A stretch of 33,937 nucleotides of DNA from Acidobacteriota bacterium (GTDB lineage Bacteria; Acidobacteriota; Polarisedimenticolia; Polarisedimenticolales; DASRJG01): positions 1 through 33,937 of the forward strand of contig JAYUCM010000091.1 in assembly GCA_043740355.1 (NCBI GenBank), read 5' to 3'. This document shows, in pieces, positions 8,074 through 16,681 of the stretch. The notes under the pieces were generated by a model, which was not told the DNA's origin, did no database searches, and saw nothing but the letters and a program-made list of their open reading frames with translations. The first letter of the stretch is position 1; each line of letters begins with the position of its first letter. The position numbers and the translations under genes are program-made.

Positions 8074-9822
8074 TCAACGGCGCCTGAACGCCCGCTCGAT
8101 CTCCTCCAGGGTCAGCCTGAAGATAATGGGCCGGCCGTGGGGGCAGGTCGTCGGGTTTTCCGTGAGAAACAGGTCGTCCAGGAGCCGCTGCATCCCCTCG
8201 TGTGCCAGCGGGTAGTTGACCTTGATCGCCGCTTGACAGGCAGCACTGGTGACGAGCCGGCGGCGCAAGTCGTCGGCGCCCGTCGCCGCGCTTCGTGTTC
8301 GCGCGGCTTCCCCCAGGAGCTCACGGAGAAGCCGATCGGGGGCAACGTCCTTGGCGAATGCCGGTACGCCGTCCAGCTTCACCGCATTGCCGCCGAACGG
8401 CTCGAGGAGAAAGCCGAGACGCGCGAACTCCTCCGCCTCCGATGCGAAAACCAACGCCTCGTCGGCCGCGAGCTCGATCGTCCTGGGGAAGAGGAGGCGC
8501 TGGACGTGGACCTCGCCGCGCTCCGCCTCCTCGAGGAAGCGCTCGAACAGGACGCGTTCGTGAGCCACGTGCTGATCGACGAGCAACAGCCCTTCCTTGT
8601 CCTGCGCGACGATGTAGGAGTCCTTGTATTGCGCCAGCGGAACCGCCCGGCGGCCGGCATCGACGGCGGCGCTTCCCTCCTCGAGCAAGCTCGGTGCCGC
8701 GTCGAAGCCTTGCGGCGCGTACGCGCGTCGGGGTGATTCCGCAACGTGAGCGTAACGGGCAAGCGCTGCAGCGACCGACGCGAGGGGCGCGTGGGGCGTC
8801 GTGCCGGGACGAAGGTCGCGGAGGCGCGGCACCGCGATGTCGTGCGAGAGGGCCGAGGCGACGGCGGCGCGTACCGCGTCGTGCACCTCGGACGAGCGGT
8901 CGAAACGCACCTCGGTTTTCTGGGGGTGGACGTTGACGTCGACCCGCGAGGGGTCGATGTCCAGGAACAGGATGACCGCCGGGTAGAGGCCACGAGCCAG
9001 CGTATCGCCGTACGCCGCCGCGATCGCATGCGCCAACACCCGGTCTCGCACGAGGCGGCCGTTGACGAATACGTGCTGCACGTCGCGTCGCGCCGACGCG
9101 TCGACCGGGCGTGCGGCAAAGCCGCTCGCGCCGATCCCCGCCCGTTCCATGGAGAAAGGCACCATCTTCTCCGCGAGCGCGCGCCCGTGAACTTGAGCGA
9201 TGCGCTCCGATCGATCGGACGCCTTCGGCGCGTCGATCAACCGCCTTCCGTCGTGATCGAGCAGGAACCGAACCGATGGATGCGCGAGCGCATACTGGGC
9301 GACGGTCCGGACGGTGTGCGCCAGCTCCGTCGGAGCCGCCCGGAGGAATTTCCGCCGTGCGGGAACGTTGAAGAAGATTCCACCCACCTCCGCCGTCGTG
9401 CCCCGTCGTCGTTCGACCTCGCGCACGCCGACGATCCGCCCCGCCCGGACTTCGATCTCCGTCCCGAAGTCGTCGCGCGCGGCCGTGCGGAGAAGAAAGC
9501 GCGAAACCGCCGCGATGCTCGGGACCGCTTCTCCGCGAAACCCCAGCGTTGCGATCGCCGTGAGGTCCTCGAAGCTTGAGAGCTTGCTCGTCGCGTGCCG
9601 CTCCAGAGCCAGGAGCGCATCGTCGCGCTCCATCCCCTCGCCATCGTCCGCGACCACGATCCGCCGCCGGCCCCCGTCCTCGACCCGCACTTCGATCGAT
9701 GAAGCCCCGGCGTCCAGGCTGTTCTCGACGAGCTCCTTGACGACGGAGGCGGGCCGCTCGACGACTTCTCCAGCCGCAATGCGATTGACGAGATGATCGT
9801 TGAGGACGCGGATCCGACCCAC
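8074..9822 (-). CDS. mutL: DNA mismatch repair protein MutL (endonuclease type)
   Basis: GTG start with a GGAGG Shine-Dalgarno sequence. GHKL ATPase motifs are present (NRIAAGEVVERPASVVKELVENSLDAG, DDGEGM). The C-terminal domain carries DQHVAHERVLFE, which fits the DQHAxxExxxxE nuclease motif. Confidence 0.95.
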   Translation of the reverse strand: MGRIRVLNDHLVNRIAAGEVVERPASVVKELVENSLDAGASSIEVRVEDGGRRRIVVADDGEGMERDDALLALERHATSKLSSFEDLTAIATLGFRGEAVPSIAAVSRFLLRTAARDDFGTEIEVRAGRIVGVREVERRRGTTAEVGGIFFNVPARRKFLRAAPTELAHTVRTVAQYALAHPSVRFLLDHDGRRLIDAPKASDRSERIAQVHGRALAEKMVPFSMERAGIGASGFAARPVDASARRDVQHVFVNGRLVRDRVLAHAIAAAYGDTLARGLYPAVILFLDIDPSRVDVNVHPQKTEVRFDRSSEVHDAVRAAVASALSHDIAVPRLRDLRPGTTPHAPLASVAAALARYAHVAESPRRAYAPQGFDAAPSLLEEGSAAVDAGRRAVPLAQYKDSYIVAQDKEGLLLVDQHVAHERVLFERFLEEAERGEVHVQRLLFPRTIELAADEALVFASEAEEFARLGFLLEPFGGNAVKLDGVPAFAKDVAPDRLLRELLGEAARTRSAATGADDLRRRLVTSAACQAAIKVNYPLAHEGMQRLLDDLFLTENPTTCPHGRPIIFRLTLEEIERAFRRR

Positions 9823-10113
9823 GAGAGCCTCCGCTCGGGTCGGGCGGCCCGTCGATTCCGGGGCCGCCCGAAGCGCGCCATTCTTGCACGGGCGTCCCCG
9901 GCGAGCGCCACCGCGGCGCGACGCGCGAAGGACGTCGTGAAATCACCACGGAACCGATCGACTTTTATCGGCTATCGCGACCGCGGGTAATCGAGCCGGT
10001 TTGCGCATGCATTTCGGTTCGCGGCTCCTACGCCGCGCTCGGACGGCTCGCACCGCGGACCCGGCACGTTGGTTGCTTTGGTCAGCTGTCGAGGGGTTCC
10101 TCAGGAGAACGCG

Positions 10114-10473
10114 ATGATCTTCCCTTTGATGCAAAAAGAGCTCTCGATCGACGATTACGTGGATCGCGATGAGGAATGCAGGTTTTCGGTGTTGTTGGCC
10201 GACACCAAGTCGGAGAGCCAGGAAGAGAAGATCTACAACCGGGAGGTGGGCGCGATCGTCGAGCGGGCGCTCGGACGCCTGGACGAGCGCGAGCTCCTCA
10301 TCATCCGGAACCGTTTCGGCCTTCTCGGCGGACAGGAACAGACGCTCGAGGAGATCGGAAAACGCATGAACCTCAGTCGCGAACGCGTTCGGCAACTCGA
10401 GCGCGAAGCGAAGGACAAGCTCCGTGTTTGTCTCGGGCCGCAACGCGGTAACCTCCGCTTTTCACTGGCCTGA
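10114..10473 (+). CDS. Stand-alone sigma-70 region 3.2/4 protein (119 aa). It has no region 2.
   Basis: ATG 10114 has AGGAG 5 nt upstream. LDERELLIIRNRFGLLGGQEQTLEEIGKRMNLSRERVRQLEREAKDKLR matches the RpoD-type region 4.1/4.2 HTH. Only about 290 nt separate it from the divergent mutL start, so there is no room for regions 1.2-3.1. Confidence 0.6.
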   Translation: MIFPLMQKELSIDDYVDRDEECRFSVLLADTKSESQEEKIYNREVGAIVERALGRLDERELLIIRNRFGLLGGQEQTLEEIGKRMNLSRERVRQLEREAKDKLRVCLGPQRGNLRFSLA

Positions 10474-10491
10474 CCGTGTAATCCCCCCCCC

Positions 10492-10543
10492 GCGGCTGCC
10501 GCCGGCACCCCCCCAATCCCCCGCTTCTGCCGGCGGCGGCCGC
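10492..10543. repeat. 16-bp inverted repeat (possible terminator hairpin) between convergent genes
   Basis: GCGGCTGCCGCCGGCA (10492-10507) pairs with TGCCGGCGGCGGCCGC (10528-10543) with one G-U/mismatch. The loop is a 20-nt C-rich stretch. A C9 run precedes it at 10483-10491. There is no U-tract. Confidence 0.4.
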
Positions 10544-10564
10544 CCCTTCTCAGGGCGTCTTCGA

Positions 10565-13500
10565 TCAAAAGAGCATTCCAATCGCGAAGATCAGCGCGCC
10601 GGGGCTCTCCTCCGGCCTGCGATCGAGCTTCCATCCGTATTCGACCCGGATCGGCCCGATCGGCGTGTCGAGGCGTAAGCCGGCGCCGGCGGAGGAGCGC
10701 AGATCGGTCGGATCGAAGTCGCGGATCGTGGGGTAGACGTTTCCGGCATCGAGGAACAACTCCCCGCGCAAGCCGCGCCAGATCGGGAAGTGCCACTCTT
10801 CGTTCAACACGAAAATCGCCTCGCCTCCCGCGTTGAACCCCGACAGGTTGAGGCCGCCGACCGTGTCCGAAGCGAATCCGCGCAGAGTGTTGGACCCTCC
10901 GGCGAAGAATCGCTCGGAGAGCGGAACGATCCCCGTGCCGGCGAAGGGCTGCTCCGCGCCGATGCGGAGGAAGAGCGCGAATCGATTGCGGTGCGGGAGC
11001 GACACAGTCCACGATCCGCGCAGGAAGAGCTTGGCGAAGGACGCCTCCGAGGCGAGCGGCTTCGCGAAGACGCTGCCCTCGATCGATCCGTAGCCTCCGC
11101 GTGTCGGCGCAAACGCGTCGTCTCGCGTGTCCCGCACGAGACCGAGCCCGATATCGCCGAGCCGTAGGCTCGAAAGCTTGTCCTTGAAAATCTTCACCAA
11201 CGCAGCAGGCGCGTCGGTGACGTCGGAAATGCGCACCTCCTGGATGCTGTAGCGGAGAAAGCGGATCCACCTCGCTTTCGATCTCTGCTCGAGCCGGATC
11301 GACAGCGCCCTTCGGGTCGCGGAAAAGGAGTCCTCCGCCGACTTCTCGTAGAGAAGCGACGCGAGAGAGTCGATCGTGTTGCCGAAGACGTGCCGCCGTC
11401 GCAGCGTCAGGACCTCTTGATTTTCCTTGCCGCTGACCCGTCCTTGAAGCGCGATCGCGACGTTGCGCCCGCCGAGATTCGCATACCCGAGGAGGAAGCT
11501 CGCCCGCGGCCCGTCCACCGAGTCGTACCCCACGCCGAGGCCCAAGGCGAGCGGAGGAGCCTCCTCGACGCGCACCGTGACCGTTTGCCCCGCCGCGTCG
11601 CCGGCCGGGATCGGCGCGTAGGTCAGCCTGACTTTCGAGAAGAGTCCGGTTCGATACAGCTGCTGCTGGCTCTTGAGGAGCGATTGATTCGAGAGGAAAT
11701 CACCCCGGCCGAACGTCAGCGCTTGCGCGATCGTCCGTTTCTTGGTGACGCGGTTGCCCTCGATCGCGATCGCGGCGACGGTCTTGCGATCCCCCGCGAC
11801 GATGTCGAACGCGACGTCCGCGCGCTCGGCCGAGAGCTGGACCCGGGATTCGACGCTGACGTCGGGGTAGCCGCGAGCGTCGAATCGATCCTTGAGTACC
11901 TGCTCGGTTTCCGCGAGTCGGCGGGGCGAGAAGGTGGCGCCCGCCGTGAGCGGCGTGTCGGTGCGGAGCTCTTTGTCCGGAACCGCGGCGACGTCGGTCG
12001 CGAACGTGACGTCGCCGACCGTGAAGCGAGGTCCCTCGTGGATCGCCACGTCGACGTCGGCGCTCTCTCCCTTCGCGGAAAGCGCGACTTGCGGCGGCTC
12101 GATGCGGACGCGCGTGAACCCTTCCTCGCGGTAGAGAGCGCGCACCGCGGCGAGGTCGGCCGCGAGAACCGAGGGACGCAAGAGCCGCTTGCGCATCGCC
12201 TGGCTTTTCAGCGAGGCCATCTGCCTCTCGATCCGCTCGAGCGGAATCGACGCCACGCCGGTGAAGCGCAATGCACGCAACCGTACCGGCTTCCCGCGAT
12301 CCACGAGAATGCGGATCGCTCGCCCCGACGGCCCGTCGGACGCGCGCCACGTCACGTCGGCTGCGTAGTAGCCGGATTCCTGGAGCTCGTCGATCAGCGC
12401 CCGCGTCGCTTCGTCCCAGAACTCCGGGGTGTAGGGCGTTTCACTCCAGAATTCCGTGAGCGCCTTGCGCAGGTTCCGTTTCCCTCGGCCGCCGTCGACG
12501 ACGAGTTCGACGGTGATGTGGGGCCCTTGCACGACCCGATACACAATCCGGTACTTTTCCGGCGGGCCCGGTTCCGGCACGGCCTCGGCGCGGACCGTCG
12601 CTTGGAGGTAGCCCTCCTTCACGAGGGCGGCGCGAATGAGGTCGCCCCCTTGCAGCATGCGCCCTCGTTCGAAGCGGTCGCCGACGCGGATCTTCGCGCG
12701 CTTGACCAGTTTGGGCCGCGGGGTTTCGTCGTGGGCCTGCACCTCGACCGAGGCGACGGCGCCGGCCGCCCCGCTTTCCCGGCTCTCGATCGGGGTTCCG
12801 CCGAACTGCCGCGCGTACTGCAGCTCTCCGCCGACGCCGGCCTCCGTGTCGCTTTCCGCGATCAGGCGGATGCGCCGCGAAGCGTCCCACGCGACCTGGT
12901 AGGTCTGCTTCTGCGCGGTGCCGATGTCCTGCGAGAAGACGATCTTCACGGCGTCGCTCACCTGTTTGCCCACGGTGACCCGCGCCGTCGGGTCCGAAGT
13001 CCCCTTGAGGAACAGCGGCGTGATCTCCAGCTGATCGATGCCGAGGGAGTTCTGGATTTGCCTTCCGAACGTCGAGCTCAACAGGCCCGCGAAGTAGTAC
13101 GCGGCCATGTCGCCCGGAAGCGCGGCGGCCGACGCCGACCCGCTGAGCGAATCGAGCGTCTTTCCGGTCACCAGCAACGAGATGATGTCCTGCGAGGCGA
13201 GAGGCGGCGTCGAGGTCAGCTCGTAGTCGAACTTGTCGAGCGTGCCCTCGACGTGCAAACTGATCTCGTACTCCGCGACACGCGTGCGGCCGCGGAAGTC
13301 GACGTAGGGGTTGAGGCGCTTGGGGTCGGTCAGATCGATCGTCCCGTAGTCGATGCGGTAGTCCACGTCCCGGTAACGGACGGTGCCGCCGGGGACCATG
13401 GAGCATCGCCCCGTCAATTCGGGCCGGGCGAGCTCTCCGCCGATGTGGAGCTGTCCCGATGCCTCGACTTTGGCGACGTCGTTTCTCAGCCAGACGTTCC

Positions 13501-16500
13501 CCGGAGCCACGACGTCCAGGTCGAGGAACACGTTGCGAGGTAGAGGCGATTCGGATGCGGCGTCGAACTCGCGGTGGACTCCGCCGAACAGACCGATGTC
13601 GAGGTCCTTCGTGTACAGGCCGCGCACGACCTCGATGCGCCCCGTGATCGTCGCGCGTTTCGGTGTCCCCTCGACGGCGATGTGACCCTCGTAGGTCCCC
13701 TTGAAGCCCTCGGGAAACGTCGCGACGACGTTCGCGCCGGCGAACGTGGCGCGAAAGGACGCCGGGAGGACGCCGTTGAACTCGATCTGCCCCGTCGCCT
13801 GAACCTCGCCGCCGCCCTGAAACGCGTGGAACGACGACAACGTGAGGGTTTGCTCTTCGAAAAACGCCTCGGCGTCGATCGATTCGAGGGTCTGTGGGTA
13901 GCCGATCAGACGCAATCGCCCTCCCCGCACCGAGACCTTCCCCGAAAGGTCGGGCCGTTCTAGTGTCCCTCCGAGGGTCGCGTCGACCGTGACCGGACCT
14001 CCGCCCCGGACCTCGGACCAAAAGGACGAGACGATGGCGAGATCGACGGTCCCCCGGAGGTATCCCGTCACGGCTCCTCCCTCGATCGATCCCTCGGCCG
14101 CCACTTCGACGCCGGCGGAATCGCCTGTGAAGCGCGTCGGGCCGAGCACGAACTGTCCGCTCTCGAGACGCAGCGGGAACGGCTCGGCGGCGCGCAGCAC
14201 GCTCGGCCCGATCCGGACCGCGACCTCGTCGAACGCGCCGTCGATCTCCATCGCGCGAGGCTCGGTGAGATCGCCCTCGGCCTGGATCTGGCCCTTCAAT
14301 CGGAGATCGGCGCTCTCGCCGAAGACGCCTCCCGCGCCGGCGAGGAGATCCTCGAAGTAGAGGACCGCCGACAAGGGGAGCCTGGGCGTGAAGCCGAAGA
14401 ACCCGTCGAACGTCCACGCCGGGTCGGGGAGCGATTTCACCGTCAGCTCGAGACCGCGGGGCACGATCGTCGCCGTCCCGTCGAAATCCCCGAGCCGGAT
14501 CTCGCGCAGACCGTTGGCGCCGGCATCGATCAGGAGGTCGCTCGCGACGACGCGGAGGAGGCCCGACGGGCCTTCACGATCGACGGTCACCGACCCTTGC
14601 GTCGTGATCGTCCCCTTCGCCGTGAGACCGGCTTCGGCCAGCGTGCGGTTGAATGTGAGGTCGATGGTGGCGGAGCTCAGCTCCACCTCCGCTTGTGACT
14701 TGTCGAGATCGTAGGTCAACCGCGCGTGGGCTTCGAGCCCACGACCCCGCGCGACGAGCCCGTCGAGAATGACCTGACTCCCTTCGACGCGGACCGGCGC
14801 ATCGATCGCGTCGACGATCTCGCGACCCACCACGACGTTGCGCGCGGTGACGTTGCCCTGCGCCGCGAACGCCCCCGCATCGCGCGAGCCAACCAGCGTG
14901 AGGTCGACGAGGCCGGTCACCGCAGGTCCGACGCCGGCATGTGCCAAGACCGTGGCGATGGCGACGCCCCGTGCGGTGAGATCGACCTCGTCCAAGGCGC
15001 CGGTGGCTCCGTCAAAGCGCGCGCTCCCCGCCAAGGATTGCCCGCCGCCCGAGAGGTCGACGCGGCGGATCTCGACGGCGTTGTCTGCGACCGTCAGATC
15101 GAGAACCGCTGCGGCGAACGGCTCACCCGCGTAGGACCCCTCCGTGAGGTCGAGTCCGAAGTCAAAGCGCGTGGCCCGCCCGGTCGTCACCCCGGCCCGC
15201 ACGCTCCCGGCCCCTTCCACCGGTAGCACGGCGAACCGGTTGCGGGAGACGCCGAACGCGTCGAGGAACTTGAGCGACGCGAGCTGCGTGGCCCGGGCGG
15301 CGCGCGTCGTCCCCGAGAGGGCGAGTCGCGTCTCGCGGGGAACCGTTCCCAGGTCGGATTCGAAGCTCAGACCCAGCGAGGCTTCCGCCAAAGAGAGCTG
15401 CTCGGCGTCCACACGCACGCGACCGGACTCGAACGTCAACCGTCCATGCCCCGCTGCGGGGATCCGACCGCCCGCGCCGGTTGGAGCGCGCACCGCGTCG
15501 AAGGTCCCGCCGCCGTGCCACGTCGCCAGCCTCCCCGGATCGCCCACGATGTTGAACGTCACGTCGGCCGCGCTCGCGATGGGGAGATCCCTGCCGGCCA
15601 GGCGAATCAGGCGGGAAAGATCGGCGCCTTTCCCCGCCAGATCCGTCGTGAGCGTGAGCGAAGGGCCGAAGTTGAGCCCGACGGTGCCCGTGAACGTCCC
15701 GCCATAGGCGCGCGCATCGACGTTGGCGACGTCGAGCTGCCCGGGGCGGACCGTCAGGTCCGCGCGCGCCGTGTCGGTCTCGATCGGTCCGATGCGAAAG
15801 GCGGTCGTCGACGCCTGCATCGTGACTCGGATCGGCACACCCCCGGTGTAGACGATCTGGACGGGTCCGACCGCGTGCCCCGCGAGCGGGAGCTCGCCGA
15901 CGACATACGGGGAGAGCGCGGCGAGATCGGCGTCCAGCCGGCCCTGCGCCGTGAACGACACGCCCACCCCCCAAGTGACGTTGCCTGCCAGCTCGCCGGA
16001 AGCGCCCGGCCCTTCCCCGGTCGCGCCGAAAATCTCTAGACGACCCCCGCCCAGGCGCAACCCTCCGCGAACGGTCGCCGGCCAGGGGCGATCGAAGAGC
16101 GGCGCTTCGACCGTCGCGTTCGCATGCACCTCCCCGATGAGCAAGTGTCGCGAGCTCGACCAGTCGCCGCGAAAATCCAGCGAGCGCGCCTGGACGCGCA
16201 CGCGCTGCCGCCCGTCGACGTACTCGGCGGTCGCGTCGTCGACGACGAGCCGGTCGATCTGGACCGCAACCGGCTCTCCGCCCTTCTTGACCTTCGGCAC
16301 GAAGGCATCGATCCACTCGCGAGAGCACGAGAAGGTCGCCCCGTGCGCCACCACGTCCGTCAGATGAACGTCGCCGCCCGCGATCCCGGTCAATCCCGAC
16401 CACGCGAGCTTGACGCGCGCCTCGCCGATCGTGGCCGTGAGCGGAGCCGCTCCCCCGGCGGGGATCGAGATCGCAACGTCGCCCACGGTCGCGGCGAGGG

Positions 16501-16681
16501 TGGTCCAATCGACGTCGATGCGTCCGATCCGGACCGTGCCGCCGAGGGCCTCCGCCAGGCCCGTCTCCAAACGGCGCTGCAGCCAAGAGGTGGAGCGCGC
16601 CGGTGGCGGCGTCTGCGCGAGTGCTCCGCCCGTGGCCAGCGCGAAGGCGAACACGGAAGCCAGCGCGATGCGGCGCCTCAC
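10565..16681 (-). CDS. Fusion protein: TamB/AsmA-like translocation-and-assembly module protein (DUF490 C-terminus) joined in frame to a five-POTRA Omp85/D15 outer-membrane barrel (TamA/BamA-like)
   Basis: The frame is uninterrupted. The proposed start, GTG 16681, overlaps the rlmI TGA as GTGA and gives VRRRIALASVFAFALATGGALA-QT. The TamB-like part ends ...GKQVSDAVKIVFSQDIGTAQKQTYQVAWDASRRIRLIAESDTEAGVGGELQYARQF (F codon 12803-12805). A linker GGTPIESRESGAAGA follows. Next come about 400 aa of POTRA-length modules and a barrel (PLALGLGVGYDS...RFFAGGSNTLRGF...GPIRVEYGWKL...ALIFAIGMLF). The track ORF start at 16864 and ATG 16714 both lie inside rlmI. Confidence 0.85.
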   Translation of the reverse strand: MRRRIALASVFAFALATGGALAQTPPPARSTSWLQRRLETGLAEALGGTVRIGRIDVDWTTLAATVGDVAISIPAGGAAPLTATIGEARVKLAWSGLTGIAGGDVHLTDVVAHGATFSCSREWIDAFVPKVKKGGEPVAVQIDRLVVDDATAEYVDGRQRVRVQARSLDFRGDWSSSRHLLIGEVHANATVEAPLFDRPWPATVRGGLRLGGGRLEIFGATGEGPGASGELAGNVTWGVGVSFTAQGRLDADLAALSPYVVGELPLAGHAVGPVQIVYTGGVPIRVTMQASTTAFRIGPIETDTARADLTVRPGQLDVANVDARAYGGTFTGTVGLNFGPSLTLTTDLAGKGADLSRLIRLAGRDLPIASAADVTFNIVGDPGRLATWHGGGTFDAVRAPTGAGGRIPAAGHGRLTFESGRVRVDAEQLSLAEASLGLSFESDLGTVPRETRLALSGTTRAARATQLASLKFLDAFGVSRNRFAVLPVEGAGSVRAGVTTGRATRFDFGLDLTEGSYAGEPFAAAVLDLTVADNAVEIRRVDLSGGGQSLAGSARFDGATGALDEVDLTARGVAIATVLAHAGVGPAVTGLVDLTLVGSRDAGAFAAQGNVTARNVVVGREIVDAIDAPVRVEGSQVILDGLVARGRGLEAHARLTYDLDKSQAEVELSSATIDLTFNRTLAEAGLTAKGTITTQGSVTVDREGPSGLLRVVASDLLIDAGANGLREIRLGDFDGTATIVPRGLELTVKSLPDPAWTFDGFFGFTPRLPLSAVLYFEDLLAGAGGVFGESADLRLKGQIQAEGDLTEPRAMEIDGAFDEVAVRIGPSVLRAAEPFPLRLESGQFVLGPTRFTGDSAGVEVAAEGSIEGGAVTGYLRGTVDLAIVSSFWSEVRGGGPVTVDATLGGTLERPDLSGKVSVRGGRLRLIGYPQTLESIDAEAFFEEQTLTLSSFHAFQGGGEVQATGQIEFNGVLPASFRATFAGANVVATFPEGFKGTYEGHIAVEGTPKRATITGRIEVVRGLYTKDLDIGLFGGVHREFDAASESPLPRNVFLDLDVVAPGNVWLRNDVAKVEASGQLHIGGELARPELTGRCSMVPGGTVRYRDVDYRIDYGTIDLTDPKRLNPYVDFRGRTRVAEYEISLHVEGTLDKFDYELTSTPPLASQDIISLLVTGKTLDSLSGSASAAALPGDMAAYYFAGLLSSTFGRQIQNSLGIDQLEITPLFLKGTSDPTARVTVGKQVSDAVKIVFSQDIGTAQKQTYQVAWDASRRIRLIAESDTEAGVGGELQYARQFGGTPIESRESGAAGAVASVEVQAHDETPRPKLVKRAKIRVGDRFERGRMLQGGDLIRAALVKEGYLQATVRAEAVPEPGPPEKYRIVYRVVQGPHITVELVVDGGRGKRNLRKALTEFWSETPYTPEFWDEATRALIDELQESGYYAADVTWRASDGPSGRAIRILVDRGKPVRLRALRFTGVASIPLERIERQMASLKSQAMRKRLLRPSVLAADLAAVRALYREEGFTRVRIEPPQVALSAKGESADVDVAIHEGPRFTVGDVTFATDVAAVPDKELRTDTPLTAGATFSPRRLAETEQVLKDRFDARGYPDVSVESRVQLSAERADVAFDIVAGDRKTVAAIAIEGNRVTKKRTIAQALTFGRGDFLSNQSLLKSQQQLYRTGLFSKVRLTYAPIPAGDAAGQTVTVRVEEAPPLALGLGVGYDSVDGPRASFLLGYANLGGRNVAIALQGRVSGKENQEVLTLRRRHVFGNTIDSLASLLYEKSAEDSFSATRRALSIRLEQRSKARWIRFLRYSIQEVRISDVTDAPAALVKIFKDKLSSLRLGDIGLGLVRDTRDDAFAPTRGGYGSIEGSVFAKPLASEASFAKLFLRGSWTVSLPHRNRFALFLRIGAEQPFAGTGIVPLSERFFAGGSNTLRGFASDTVGGLNLSGFNAGGEAIFVLNEEWHFPIWRGLRGELFLDAGNVYPTIRDFDPTDLRSSAGAGLRLDTPIGPIRVEYGWKLDRRPEESPGALIFAIGMLF

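Noticed and set aside
7354-9949. ORFs 7354..8736 (+, 460 aa), 8321..9949 (-, 542 aa) and several ORFs of 200-280 aa
   Set aside because: They are antisense or alternative-frame readings of the SLT gene and mutL. Their composition is dominated by Arg, Pro, Gly and Ala, and no motifs are present.
9943-10443. 166-aa minus-strand ORF antisense to the sigma-4 mini-gene
   Set aside because: It has no recognisable motifs and no RBS. The plus-strand frame carries an unmistakable region 4 HTH.
12700-12900. The idea that tamB and the Omp85 gene are two adjacent genes, as in E. coli
   Set aside because: There is no stop codon in frame anywhere across the junction. There is no signal peptide and no RBS/start context for an independent Omp85 protein. 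I therefore report it as a fusion, with resequencing as the caveat.
11390-16586. Long ORFs inside the giant gene: 11390..13543 (+), 12441..14417 (-) and 15162..16586 (-)
   Set aside because: All are Arg/Asp/Gly-rich alternative-frame or antisense readings of the TamB-Omp85 ORF. That ORF has coherent domain content along its entire length.
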